NCBI GenBank assembly: GCA_030278895.1
Contig: JARXKK010000004.1
Location: 1-62,904 of the forward strand
DNA length: 62,904 nucleotides
From: Acidobacteriota bacterium
Lineage (GTDB): Bacteria > Acidobacteriota > Thermoanaerobaculia > UBA5066
Direction of reading: 5' to 3'
Below, piece after piece: positions 39,793-48,546 of this stretch. A program made the translations under genes and the position numbers. The notes below the pieces were generated by a model. It made no database searches. It was not told where the DNA came from and worked only from the letters and a program-made list of their open reading frames with translations. The stretch's first letter is position 1. Each line of letters starts with the position of its first letter.

Positions 39793-42495
39793 TCACTTCA
39801 GATGCTCTCCCGTTGCCGGCCAGTTCAGGACCACCACGGCCGGCTGTTCCTGCCGTTCGTCGGCGGTCGCGAGCACCAGAAAACGATTTCCGTCCGGGGC
39901 CGGGATGTACTGGGACCGGTTGTCGGAGATCCCGTTGGCGGGCACGCGGATCGGAAAGAGTGACTTCGGCGCTCCCACCTGCGCGTCTTCGCCCCCCAGG
40001 GACAGCTCGACGGACATGAGCTTGCGGTCGTTCGAGAGGAAATAAAGCTCTTTCCCGTCCGCGCGCCAGAGAGCCTGGTCGCCGCCGTCTTTCGAGATCT
40101 GCCACTTCCCCCCCGAAGGCGGAAACCTCTGCACATAGACCTCCGCGCGGCCCGTCTCGTCCGAGGAGTAAGCGAAGAACTTCCCGTCCGGCGACGAAGA
40201 GGCATGAGCGGCCGCCGCCTGAGGCACGGCCAGGAGAAGCTGAGCCTTCCGTTCGCCCGAGAGCGGAAGCCTCCAGAGCTCGGGGCGGCCGACACTGCTC
40301 ATCGTCTCGAAGACCAGCCACGCCCCGTCCGGGGAAATGAAGTCGCCGTAGTTGTCGAGGGTCGTGGCGAGGAGCGATTCGTCCCCTCCCGTTCCGTCGA
40401 GGGGCCGGCGGAAGAGGCCCATTCGGCTCGCGCGGTTCGATGAGAAATAGAGGTTCTTTCCGTCCGGCGACGCCATCCCGGTGTTGTTGGCCTTGGGCCC
40501 GAACGTGAGCCGCGTCCACGTGCCGCGCGTCAGGTCGACCTGCCAGAGGTCCTGAAGTTCGGTCCGCGGGTCCGCCACGGTGATGCCGAGGCGTTGCCCG
40601 CCCGCGAACCAGAACGGTTCCGACAGGATGGCGGCGTCCCCGACGGTTCCGAGCGGCTTGCCTGAACGGTCGAACCAGGTAAGTTTCTGGCGGGGGTTCG
40701 CACGACGCCTGTAGACGAGGGCGCCGTCGGCCGCCGCAGAGAAGGCCGCAAGGCCCGTCCACCCGCTCTCGCCCTCGACGGCGATTCCGTCGATGACGAG
40801 TCCGGGCTCGCCGGACAATTTGCGCCGTCCCGCGTCGAACGGCTGCGCATAGAGCGCACTCTCGCGGACGTAGAGGAGGCGGCCCGCGTCGTACTCCGCC
40901 TTCCCGCGGGTCGAGACGACGAAGGCGTCGTCTCCCGAGTCGAGAGAAGCCACGCGCGTGCCGAGGCGGGCCGGGTCGTCGCTTAAGCAGAGGTAGAGAA
41001 AATGGTTCCCGTCGGGCAGGATCTTCGGCCAGCGGTGCGTGTAGTCCTTCGGACCGAACTTCGTCACGGGTGCCGGGACCCCGCCCGAGGCGCTCACGCG
41101 ATGGAGCGGCAAGCGGGTTCCGGGCGCGAAGACGATGACGCCCCGGGGGAGCCACGTGCCGCCCCGCCCGTCGGTGATCGGGCAGATCGTCTGGGGCGGG
41201 CCACCAGCCACGCTGATGCGCGCAAGACGGTCGCCCGTGAAGTATGCGATGGCGGTGCCGTCCGGCGACCAGAAGGGAAAACGCGCGCCTTCCGTTCCGG
41301 GCAGGAGCTGGACGGCGACGGAATCGAACGAGCGCACGTAGAGCCGCTCGATGTCCTTCTCGTCGGTTGCGACGAACGCAAGCCGCCGGCCGTCGGGCGA
41401 GAGCGCCACCGAGCTGCCGAACGACGCCCCCTCGGGGACGCGCACCTCGAACTGGACGACGGGCGCGCGCGGGGCGCGAGCGCGCATCGCGAGGGCCCCC
41501 GCCGCGGCCGCGCACGCGGCCGCGATCGCCCAGGGGAGAAAGAGGGAGAGGAGATTCTTGCGACTTACAGTGGGGCTTGGCGACGCGGGATTTTCTTCGA
41601 AAGGCAATGGGCCGGAGGAGCTCGACGAGAGGGCGGCGCTCGATTCTTCCAGCTCGAGCCTTGCATCTGCGATGTCGTGGAGGCGCTGCTTGGCGTCCCG
41701 CACCAGACACCTTCTAAGAATCTTTCTTACGGCGGTGGGCGTTTGCTCCGGCAGCGCCGCCCAGTCCGGCTCGCCCCGGAGAATCGCCGCGAGCGTGTCG
41801 CTGACCGTCTCGCCTTCGAATGCTTTCTTTCCCGTCAGCATCTCGAAGAGGACGCATCCGAACGCCCAGACGTCCGTGCGCTTGTCGACCGGCTTTCCCC
41901 GTGCCTGCTCGGGCGACATGTACGCCGCCGTCCCGAGGATCATTCCCGCCGCGGTGCCCCGAGCCGTCAGCGTCGGCGAATACGAGATCGAGGGGGAGGA
42001 GGCGCCCGCCTCGTTCTCGAAGATCTTCGCGAGGCCGAAGTCGAGGAGCTTCACCCGGCCCTCGTGCGTCACCCTGACGTTCGCGGGCTTGAGGTCGCGG
42101 TGGACGATGCCCTTCTCGTGCGCCGCCTCCAGCGCCTCGGCGATCTGACGGGCCAGGAAGAGGGATTCTTCGAGTGGAAGAGGGCCGGAAGAGATTTTCT
42201 GCGCAAGGTCTTCACCTTCGACCAGCTCCATGACGAGGAGGTGTCTCCCCCCACTTTCTTCGAAGGAATAGATCGCGGCGATTCCGGGATGATTGAGCGC
42301 TGCGAGTAATCGTGCTTCCCTCTCGAATCGCGTTCTTCTCTCTTCCCCTTCGAAGAACTCTTCCGGCAGTACCTTGATCGCGACCTCTCTCGCGAGGCGC
42401 GGGTCTTTCGCCCGATACACCTCTCCCATCCCGCCCGCACCGAGCGCGGAGAGGATTTCGTAAGGTCCGACGCGCGTGCCTGAGGCCAGCGTCAC
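39793..42495 (-). CDS. Ser/Thr protein kinase with TM segment and C-terminal TolB-like (PD40) beta-propeller (K1)
   Basis: GAGGMGEVYRAKD, AIKVL, HRDLKPANV, DFGLAK and SPEQ, then PD40-type repeats (SPDG..LAF...). The GTG start at 42495 overlaps the K2 stop (GTGA). Confidence 0.85.
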   Translation of the reverse strand: MTLASGTRVGPYEILSALGAGGMGEVYRAKDPRLAREVAIKVLPEEFFEGEERRTRFEREARLLAALNHPGIAAIYSFEESGGRHLLVMELVEGEDLAQKISSGPLPLEESLFLARQIAEALEAAHEKGIVHRDLKPANVRVTHEGRVKLLDFGLAKIFENEAGASSPSISYSPTLTARGTAAGMILGTAAYMSPEQARGKPVDKRTDVWAFGCVLFEMLTGKKAFEGETVSDTLAAILRGEPDWAALPEQTPTAVRKILRRCLVRDAKQRLHDIADARLELEESSAALSSSSSGPLPFEENPASPSPTVSRKNLLSLFLPWAIAAACAAAAGALAMRARAPRAPVVQFEVRVPEGASFGSSVALSPDGRRLAFVATDEKDIERLYVRSFDSVAVQLLPGTEGARFPFWSPDGTAIAYFTGDRLARISVAGGPPQTICPITDGRGGTWLPRGVIVFAPGTRLPLHRVSASGGVPAPVTKFGPKDYTHRWPKILPDGNHFLYLCLSDDPARLGTRVASLDSGDDAFVVSTRGKAEYDAGRLLYVRESALYAQPFDAGRRKLSGEPGLVIDGIAVEGESGWTGLAAFSAAADGALVYRRRANPRQKLTWFDRSGKPLGTVGDAAILSEPFWFAGGQRLGITVADPRTELQDLWQVDLTRGTWTRLTFGPKANNTGMASPDGKNLYFSSNRASRMGLFRRPLDGTGGDESLLATTLDNYGDFISPDGAWLVFETMSSVGRPELWRLPLSGERKAQLLLAVPQAAAAHASSSPDGKFFAYSSDETGRAEVYVQRFPPSGGKWQISKDGGDQALWRADGKELYFLSNDRKLMSVELSLGGEDAQVGAPKSLFPIRVPANGISDNRSQYIPAPDGNRFLVLATADERQEQPAVVVLNWPATGEHLK
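41589..41611 (+). repeat. AT-box copy P (TTCGAA variant)
   Basis: GATTTTCTTCGAAAGGCAATGGG in K1 (gene strand reads PLPFEENP). The TTCGAA change avoids an in-frame TAA. Confidence 0.75.
41708..41728 (-). repeat. AT-box copy G
   Basis: The plus strand reads CACCTTCTAAGAATCTTTCTT. K1 reads it as R-K-I-L-R-R-C (AGA AAG ATT CTT AGA AGG TGT). Confidence 0.8.
42163..42184 (+). repeat. AT-box copy O (GC-adapted)
   Basis: GGATTCTTCGAGTGGAAGAGGG in the K1 kinase domain. Two further degenerate copies follow at 42188-42223. Confidence 0.5.
42252..42271 (+). repeat. AT-box copy L1 (TTCGAA variant)
   Basis: CACTTTCTTCGAAGGAATAG in K1 (gene strand reads YSFEES). The change avoids an in-frame TAA. Confidence 0.7.
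42338..42364 (-). repeat. AT-box copy L2
   Basis: The plus strand reads CTCTCTTCCCCTTCGAAGAACTCTTCC in K1 (gene strand reads EEFFEGEER). Confidence 0.7.
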
Positions 42496-45119
42496 CTGAA
42501 TGTGCCCACCCAGATGTCGCTCTCGGTCACGTTTCGGAGGAAGTAGAGGGAGCGTCCGTCGCGCGAGAGCGCAATGCGCTGGACCGTGCCTTCCGCCGCC
42601 GGGAGGACGAGACGCGACTGGCGGGCCGCGAGGTCGAGGACGCGGATGCCGTCGGGCGTCGTCAGGACGGCACGTCGCCCGTCCGGCGCAAACCTGGCGA
42701 CGTACGCACGGACGCCGAGTCCTTCGCATGCATTTTTCGAGGGCGTGCAGAGGCGCGCCTCGAGGGCCAGCTCGCCTCCGGGACCCGCGGCGAGAAGGCG
42801 CGCGCCGTCGAACGACCAGCTCCAGGCCCAGCGCGACTCGAGATCGGCGACCGGAGCGCTCACCGAGAGAGAGCCGCCGGTACCCGTGACGAGCGGAAAC
42901 ACCGCCACGCGCGCGTCGAACGAGGCCGCGGCGAAGAAACGCCCGTCCGGGGAAAGAGCGGGGTAGAGGTAGAACATGGACTTCGGCGGCGTGAGCCGAG
43001 AGAGGCCGCTGCCGTCGACCGCGATCGAGTAGCCGCCGTAGTCCCCGTCCCGGTTCGAGTAGAAGGCGAGACGCTTGCCGTCCGCCGTGAAGGCTGGCCC
43101 GCGGTTTCGGAACTCGTCGTGGGTGAGCCGGCGGAGCTTCTGGCCATCCGTGGAGACGAGGCAGAGGTCCTCGAGTCGTCCCACCGTGCGCGTCGCGAGC
43201 GTGGTTCCGTCAGGTGAGATCTCGAGGTCCTCGAAGGCGGTGGAGCTTCGCCTGAGGACGACCGGCGGCCCGATGGGATTGAGCGTGCCGGGATCGAGCG
43301 CGAGCTTCTCGATCGTCATGAGTTCGGCGGGAGAGGTGAAGGCGATCCGCTTCCCGTTCCGCGACCCGCGGAACGAGCCGGGGAAGGTCCCGGCCCACGT
43401 GATCGGCACCGTCACGGGCTCGGGCGCGCCCCGCGTGGCGCCCGTAGCCTCGTCTATAGGGACGCGCCAGAGATTGAAACTTCCGCCGCGGTCGCTCCCG
43501 AAGTAGAGGAACGCCCCGTCGGCGGACCAGAACGGGCTGAAGTCCACCGCGGTGTCGTTCGTCACCGGGACGGGCTTCTCGCCCTCCTTGAGGCCCGCGA
43601 GCGGCACCGTCCAGATGTCGCGCTGCGCCGTATCGCCGACGAGGCCCCAGAACGCGACGCGCTTCCCGTGCGGGGAAACGGCGGGCTCGACCGCGTCCGG
43701 GCCATAAAGCATCCGCTTCTTCCCGGTTGCGACCTCGACGGCCCAGATCTTCGCGCGCGTGCCGCGCGCGAGCGGTGACAGCGCAGCCTCCTCCGCGTAG
43801 ACGATCTCCTTGCCGTCGGGCGTGAAGTCGGGGCCGTAGCCCGTGTCCGTCACGCGGCGCACGGACTCGCCGAGCGGGCCCATGACGAAGATGCCGCCGC
43901 CGTCCTTGCCCGAACGGAACGCGATGAGCGAGCCGTCCGGCGAGTAGACGGGGTCGAACCGGTCGTCCTCCGGGGAATCCGCCGAGAGGTCGATGGGCTT
44001 GTCGCTGCCGACGCGCTGGACGATGACGTGCCGGCGCCCCGAGACGGCCTTCATGTAGGCGACGGTCTCGCCGTCGGGCGAGAGAGCCGGCGACCGCTCG
44101 ATGCCGGGATCCGACGAGAGCCGCTCGAAGAGCAGGGTCGGCGGCGGCGCGGACGTGCGGCCGTGCCGCCCCGCGAAGAATCCTGCGACGAGGAGCGCGG
44201 TTGCGGCCGCGGCCAGGAGCGCGCGCCGCTTCACGAGGCGCGAGGGTGCGACGCCCGGCGCGACGGCGGCGCGCGCGGCGGAGTCCGCCGAGAGGCTCTC
44301 GAGCGCGAATGCGAGGTCGCCCGCGGACTGGAAGCGCTGCTCGGGGCTCTTCTCGAGGCAGCGGCGCACGATGCGCTCGAGGCCGGGCGGGACGCTCTGG
44401 TTCGTGACGGAGAGGTCGGCGGGTTCCTCGCGGAGGATCGCCGTGATGACGTCCGCGCTGGAATCTCCCCCGAATGCCTTCTTCCCCGAGAGCATCTCGT
44501 AAAGGACGGCGCCGAACGCGAAGAGGTCGCTGCGTTGGTCGGCGGGCCGGCCCCGCACCTGCTCGGGGGCCATGTAACCCATCGTCCCGAGGACCATGCC
44601 CGGCTCCGTGCCGCGCGCCGCGGTCGGCAGGTTCGAGCCGGAGCTCGCGGCCGAATCTTCCGTGAGCTTCGCGAGACCGAAGTCGAGGATCTTGATGCGC
44701 CCGTCCTTCGTGACGAAGAGGTTTTCGGGCTTCAGGTCGCGGTGCACGATGCCCTTTTCGTGAGCGGCCGAGAGTCCGCGCGCGATCTGGATCGACCAGT
44801 CGACCGCCTTGCGGAGCGGGAGCTTCCCTGCGGCGATCGCCTGACGCAGCGTCTCGCCCTCGAGCAGCTCCATGACGAGGATGTGACGGGCCGCGGAGGA
44901 GGAAGGCAAAGAGGGGATTTCTTCGAAGGAATAGATGGCGGCAATTCCCGGATGATTGAGGCTCGCAAGGAGGCGAGCTTCCCTCTCGAACCGCTGCCTT
45001 CTCTCTTCACCTTCAAAGAATTCTTCCGGCAGTACCTTGATCGCGACCTCTCTCGCGAGGCGCGGGTCTTTCGCCCGGTAGACCTCTCCCATCCCGCCCG
45101 CGCCGAGGGCAGAGATCAC
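42492..45119 (-). CDS. Ser/Thr protein kinase with TM segment and C-terminal TolB-like beta-propeller (K2)
   Basis: Same architecture as K1. The conserved N-terminus LAIATGTRLGPYEV continues in frame up to 45158, where only a CTG aligns with the K1 GTG start. 45119 is the first canonical start. Confidence 0.8.
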   Translation of the reverse strand: MISALGAGGMGEVYRAKDPRLAREVAIKVLPEEFFEGEERRQRFEREARLLASLNHPGIAAIYSFEEIPSLPSSSAARHILVMELLEGETLRQAIAAGKLPLRKAVDWSIQIARGLSAAHEKGIVHRDLKPENLFVTKDGRIKILDFGLAKLTEDSAASSGSNLPTAARGTEPGMVLGTMGYMAPEQVRGRPADQRSDLFAFGAVLYEMLSGKKAFGGDSSADVITAILREEPADLSVTNQSVPPGLERIVRRCLEKSPEQRFQSAGDLAFALESLSADSAARAAVAPGVAPSRLVKRRALLAAAATALLVAGFFAGRHGRTSAPPPTLLFERLSSDPGIERSPALSPDGETVAYMKAVSGRRHVIVQRVGSDKPIDLSADSPEDDRFDPVYSPDGSLIAFRSGKDGGGIFVMGPLGESVRRVTDTGYGPDFTPDGKEIVYAEEAALSPLARGTRAKIWAVEVATGKKRMLYGPDAVEPAVSPHGKRVAFWGLVGDTAQRDIWTVPLAGLKEGEKPVPVTNDTAVDFSPFWSADGAFLYFGSDRGGSFNLWRVPIDEATGATRGAPEPVTVPITWAGTFPGSFRGSRNGKRIAFTSPAELMTIEKLALDPGTLNPIGPPVVLRRSSTAFEDLEISPDGTTLATRTVGRLEDLCLVSTDGQKLRRLTHDEFRNRGPAFTADGKRLAFYSNRDGDYGGYSIAVDGSGLSRLTPPKSMFYLYPALSPDGRFFAAASFDARVAVFPLVTGTGGSLSVSAPVADLESRWAWSWSFDGARLLAAGPGGELALEARLCTPSKNACEGLGVRAYVARFAPDGRRAVLTTPDGIRVLDLAARQSRLVLPAAEGTVQRIALSRDGRSLYFLRNVTESDIWVGTFR
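44916..44934 (+). repeat. AT-box copy M1 (TTCGAA variant)
   Basis: GATTTCTTCGAAGGAATAG in K2 (gene strand reads YSFEEI). The change avoids an in-frame TAA. Confidence 0.7.
45001..45027 (-). repeat. AT-box copy M2
   Basis: The plus strand reads CTCTCTTCACCTTCAAAGAATTCTTCC in K2 (gene strand reads EEFFEGEER). Confidence 0.7.
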
Positions 45120-45300
45120 CTCATAAGGGCCGAGCCGGGTTCCCGTTGCGATGGCCAGAGCGGGAAGTCTAGCGCCGGAAACGCGTGCCGGGTGAACGCC
45201 CGATGTAAGACGTTCCGCGGGTCCTCGAAGAGATTTCGGTGCGCACCGCGTTTTTCATGCATTCCGCGGGAACAATCGACGAACTTTCGCTTCTCCACCT

Positions 45301-45315
45301 TGGCACGTCTCGTGC
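45301..45315 (+). promoter_or_regulatory. sigma54-type promoter candidate (-24 TGGCAC / -12 GTGC)
   Basis: TGGCACGTCTCGTGC has the GG and GC dinucleotides at the canonical TGGCACG-N4-TTGC spacing. It lies 24 nt upstream of ATG 45339 and just before the GGAGGGGG Shine-Dalgarno. Confidence 0.45.
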
Positions 45316-45338
45316 TCCAGTTCCCGGAGGGGGACCCT

Positions 45339-45416
45339 ATGGAAACTATCCTTATCATCGTGGTCGTGGTACTTCTCTTGGGCGGCGGCGGCTTTTACTG
45401 GCGCGGCAGACGCTGA
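45339..45416 (+). CDS. 25-aa hydrophobic peptide (single TM helix, basic tail)
   Basis: METILIIVVVVLLLGGGGFYWRGRR after a strong Shine-Dalgarno (GGAGGGGG, 5-nt spacer). Sits upstream of the HAD-UbiA gene. Confidence 0.45.
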   Translation: METILIIVVVVLLLGGGGFYWRGRR

Positions 45417-45472
45417 TCGCTCGTAGGTTCACGGCCGCCGTGGCCAACATGGTCCGGGCTTAGAATGTTTTC

Positions 45473-46966
45473 TTGATCGGCACGACAGAGGGTCTGGAGA
45501 GAGCGGACGCTTCGAGAGCCGGCGTTCCACTCTGTGTCGATCTCGACGGGACGTTGATTCGGAGCGATCTCCTTTTCGAGGGTCTCGCGGGCCTCGCGAA
45601 AGAGGGATTCGGGCCTCTCCTCCAGGCCTCGCTCTGGCTCTCGAAGGGCAAGGCGGGCTTCAAGAGGGAGCTCGCGAAGAGCGTCGCCTTCGAGCCGTCG
45701 ACGCTTCCCTACGAATTGCGTCTCCTGGAATTCCTTCGGAGGGAGAAGGCCAAGGGGCGGCGTCTCGTCCTCGTGACGGCATCGGACCGCATCTGGGCGG
45801 AGAGAGTGGCGGCGCACCTCGAGATCTTCGACGAGGTCATGGGGAGCGACGGCACGACGAACCTCGGCGGCGTGGCCAAGGCTCGGGCGCTCGTCGAGCG
45901 GTTCGGCGAGCGGGGATTCGACTACGCCGGCAACGGGCCGGCGGACAGGCCCGTCTGGAAGAAGGCGCGACGGGCGATCGCCGTGAATGCCCCGCCGGCG
46001 GTCGAGTCGGGCCTCCGCCGGGACGGAAATCTCGCCGACCTCTTCCCGCGGCCTTCGCTGAAGCTGAAGACGATCGTCGCCGCCGTCCGCGCGCGCCAGT
46101 GGGTCAAGAACCTCCTCGTCTTCATTCCGATCGTCACGGCGCACAAGCTGCAGGACGCGGGGATCCTCGCGGCCGGCGCGCTGGCGTTCGTTGCGATCTC
46201 GCTTTGCGCGTCCAGCATCTATCTTCTCAACGATCTCTTCGATCTGGATTCCGACCGCCGGCATCCCGAGAAGTGGCGCCGGCCCCTCGCGAGCGGGACC
46301 CTGGCGATTCCCGCGGCGATCGTCCTGTCTCTCCTCCTGATGGCGGCGGGCCTCGCGATCTCCCTGAGGCTTCCGGCGGATGCCGTGAAGCTCATCGGCG
46401 TCTATCTCGTCGTGACGACGGCGTATTCCCTCTTTCTGAAGCGCCGCGTGCTCGTCGACGTCTTCACGCTGTCGCTTCTCTACACGCTCCGCGTCCTCCT
46501 CGGCGGCGCCGCGACGGGCCTCCTTCTCTCGCCGTGGTTTCTCGCCTTTTCGGTGTTCACGTTCCTGAGTCTCGCGTTTTGCAAGAGGGCCTCCGAGCTG
46601 GTGCGGCTCAAGAAGTCCGAGATGATGGAGGCTCCGGGCCGGGCGTATTTCACGTGGGATCACCTCACTGTGCAGTCCTGCGGCATCACGAGCGGTTATC
46701 TGGCCGCCATCGTCCTCGCGCTTTACCTGCAGAGCGACACCGTGAGACGCCTCTATGCAAGCCCGGCGTGGCTGTGGATGATCGTGCCCGTCTTTCTCTA
46801 CTGGATCAGCCGGATCTGGATCCTCGTCAACCGGGGCGAGATGGACGAAGACCCGGTCCTCTTCGCCACGAAAGACCGCGTCACCTGGCTGACGGCGGTC
46901 GTCAGCGCGGCCATCCTCGCCCTCGCCACATACGGTTCGATCCATCTGCCGGGCGTCCAGCCGTAG
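45473..46966 (+). CDS. HAD-like phosphatase fused to UbiA-family prenyl/phosphoribosyl transferase (decaprenyl-phosphate phosphoribosyltransferase-like)
   Basis: N-terminus has CVDLDGTLI (HAD motif I) and LVTASD. The C-terminal polytopic domain has the UbiA motif YLLNDLFDLDSDRRHP. TTG start. Confidence 0.75.
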   Translation: MIGTTEGLERADASRAGVPLCVDLDGTLIRSDLLFEGLAGLAKEGFGPLLQASLWLSKGKAGFKRELAKSVAFEPSTLPYELRLLEFLRREKAKGRRLVLVTASDRIWAERVAAHLEIFDEVMGSDGTTNLGGVAKARALVERFGERGFDYAGNGPADRPVWKKARRAIAVNAPPAVESGLRRDGNLADLFPRPSLKLKTIVAAVRARQWVKNLLVFIPIVTAHKLQDAGILAAGALAFVAISLCASSIYLLNDLFDLDSDRRHPEKWRRPLASGTLAIPAAIVLSLLLMAAGLAISLRLPADAVKLIGVYLVVTTAYSLFLKRRVLVDVFTLSLLYTLRVLLGGAATGLLLSPWFLAFSVFTFLSLAFCKRASELVRLKKSEMMEAPGRAYFTWDHLTVQSCGITSGYLAAIVLALYLQSDTVRRLYASPAWLWMIVPVFLYWISRIWILVNRGEMDEDPVLFATKDRVTWLTAVVSAAILALATYGSIHLPGVQP

Positions 46967-46975
46967 AATCGGATC

Positions 46976-47851
46976 GTGAAGAGACTCGAAGTCCGGAAAA
47001 CGTACAAGCTCCTCGTCGGCGGCGCGTTCGTGCGCACGGAGTCCGGGCGCGCGTACCCCGCGACGGGGGAGCGCGGCGCCTTTCTCGCGCACGTTCCCCT
47101 GGGATCGCGCAAGGACGTGCGCGACGCCGTGAAGGCGGCGCGCGGCGCATTCGCTCTCTGGGCGGGACGGACGGCCTACAACCGGGGTCAGATCCTCTAT
47201 CGCGCCGCCGAAATGCTGGAGGAGCGGTCGGCGGAGTTCGTCGACGCGATCCGGCGGTCCACGGGCGCCGGGGCGGCGCCGGCCAGGCGCGAGGTCGCGA
47301 CAGCCGTCGACCGGCTCGTCCACTTCGCGGGCTGGGCCGACAAGCTCGGTGCGGTGCTCGGCACGGTGAACCCGGTGGCCGCGCCCTACTTTAATTTCTC
47401 GGCACCCGAACCGACGGGAGTCGTCGGCGTGATCTCCCCCGAATCGCCGTCGCTGCTGCCGCTCGTGTCCCGCGTCGCGGCCGCCATGGTCTCCGGGAAC
47501 ACGGTCGTCGTGATCGGCCCGGAGAAGACGCCGATTCCGGCGCTCCTCTTCGGAGAGGTGGTGGGCACGAGCGACGTTCCCTCCGGCGTCGTGAACATCC
47601 TCTCCGGAAAGAAGAGCGAGCTCGTGCCGGCGCTCGCGACGCACCGCGACGTGGACGCGATCGACGAGGGCTCCGGAGACGCGAAGCTGGGGGCGCTCGT
47701 CGAAACCGAGGCGGCGGACCGCGTGCGCCGGATCTCCCGCCCGAAGGCCGTCTCCGCCTCGGACTGGTTCCTTCCGGCAAAGTCCGAAGGTCTCGCCGCG
47801 CTCGAGCCGTTCCTCGAGATCAAGACGACGTGGCACCCGGCCGGGGTTTGA
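46976..47851 (+). CDS. aldehyde-dehydrogenase-like protein lacking the catalytic domain
   Basis: ALDH N-terminal/NAD-binding text (YKLLVGGAFV, HFAGWADK, GVISPESPSLLPLVSRVAAAMVSGNTVV, GVVNILSG). At 291 aa it stops before the ELGG and catalytic-Cys regions and keeps only a tail resembling an ALDH C-terminus (EIKTTW). Confidence 0.6.
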   Translation: MKRLEVRKTYKLLVGGAFVRTESGRAYPATGERGAFLAHVPLGSRKDVRDAVKAARGAFALWAGRTAYNRGQILYRAAEMLEERSAEFVDAIRRSTGAGAAPARREVATAVDRLVHFAGWADKLGAVLGTVNPVAAPYFNFSAPEPTGVVGVISPESPSLLPLVSRVAAAMVSGNTVVVIGPEKTPIPALLFGEVVGTSDVPSGVVNILSGKKSELVPALATHRDVDAIDEGSGDAKLGALVETEAADRVRRISRPKAVSASDWFLPAKSEGLAALEPFLEIKTTWHPAGV

Positions 47852-47865
47852 AGCCGCGGCCCTTT

Positions 47866-48546
47866 TTGAAGCCACTCTTCTTTTTCGACCTCGACGACAC
47901 CCTCGTCGACCATCACGCGGCCGAGGAGGGCGCGCAGCGCGAGACGCATGCGGCGCACGGCGCGCTCTTCGGTGGAATCGCGTTTTCCGACTGGCTTGCC
48001 GCCTATCGCCGGAACAACCTGCGCCTCTGGCACGAGTACGGGATCGGGACGATCGACCGCCCGACGCTCACGGCGCGCCGCTTCGCGTTGCCGCTCGCCG
48101 ACCTGGGCCTCGACGCCGCGCACGGCGTCGCCGTGGGAGCTTCGTACTGGGACGCATACAGCCGCAACTGGCGCCTCATCGAGGGCGCCGAGGACGCGCT
48201 GGAGCACGCTTCGCAAGTGGGAGTCGTCGGGATCCTGTCGAACGGGTTCCGCGAGACGCAGCGGGCCAAGATCGAGAGGTTCGGCCTCGACCGATGGGCG
48301 CGCCACGTGATTCTCTCCGAGGACGTCGGCGCGATGAAGCCGTCACGCATCATCTTCGACGCGGCGGCGACGGCCGCGGGCGGAGGCGAGCGCCGCCGTC
48401 TCTACGTCGGGGACTCCTTCGCGACGGACGTCGTGGGCGCGAAAGCCGCGGGCTGGTTTCCGATCCTGTTCGACCGCCACGGCAAGGGCGCGCCCGAGCC
48501 CGTCGTCTTCGTGACGCGGCTCTCCGACCTCAAGCCTCTCTTTTGA
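47866..48546 (+). CDS. HAD-superfamily hydrolase
   Basis: LFFFDLDDTLVDH (motif I), ILSNG (motif II) and YVGDSFATDVVGAKAAG (motif IV). The TTG 47866 start is preferred over the track start 47830. Confidence 0.7.
   Translation: MKPLFFFDLDDTLVDHHAAEEGAQRETHAAHGALFGGIAFSDWLAAYRRNNLRLWHEYGIGTIDRPTLTARRFALPLADLGLDAAHGVAVGASYWDAYSRNWRLIEGAEDALEHASQVGVVGILSNGFRETQRAKIERFGLDRWARHVILSEDVGAMKPSRIIFDAAATAAGGGERRRLYVGDSFATDVVGAKAAGWFPILFDRHGKGAPEPVVFVTRLSDLKPLF

Noticed and set aside
39726-39830. A sigma54 promoter upstream of glnA, which is classically NtrC/sigma54-dependent.
   Set aside because: The TGG-containing strings there (TGGCCGGCAACGGGA, TGGTTCATACGGCCC, TGGCCACCCGGTAGG) lack a correctly spaced GC.
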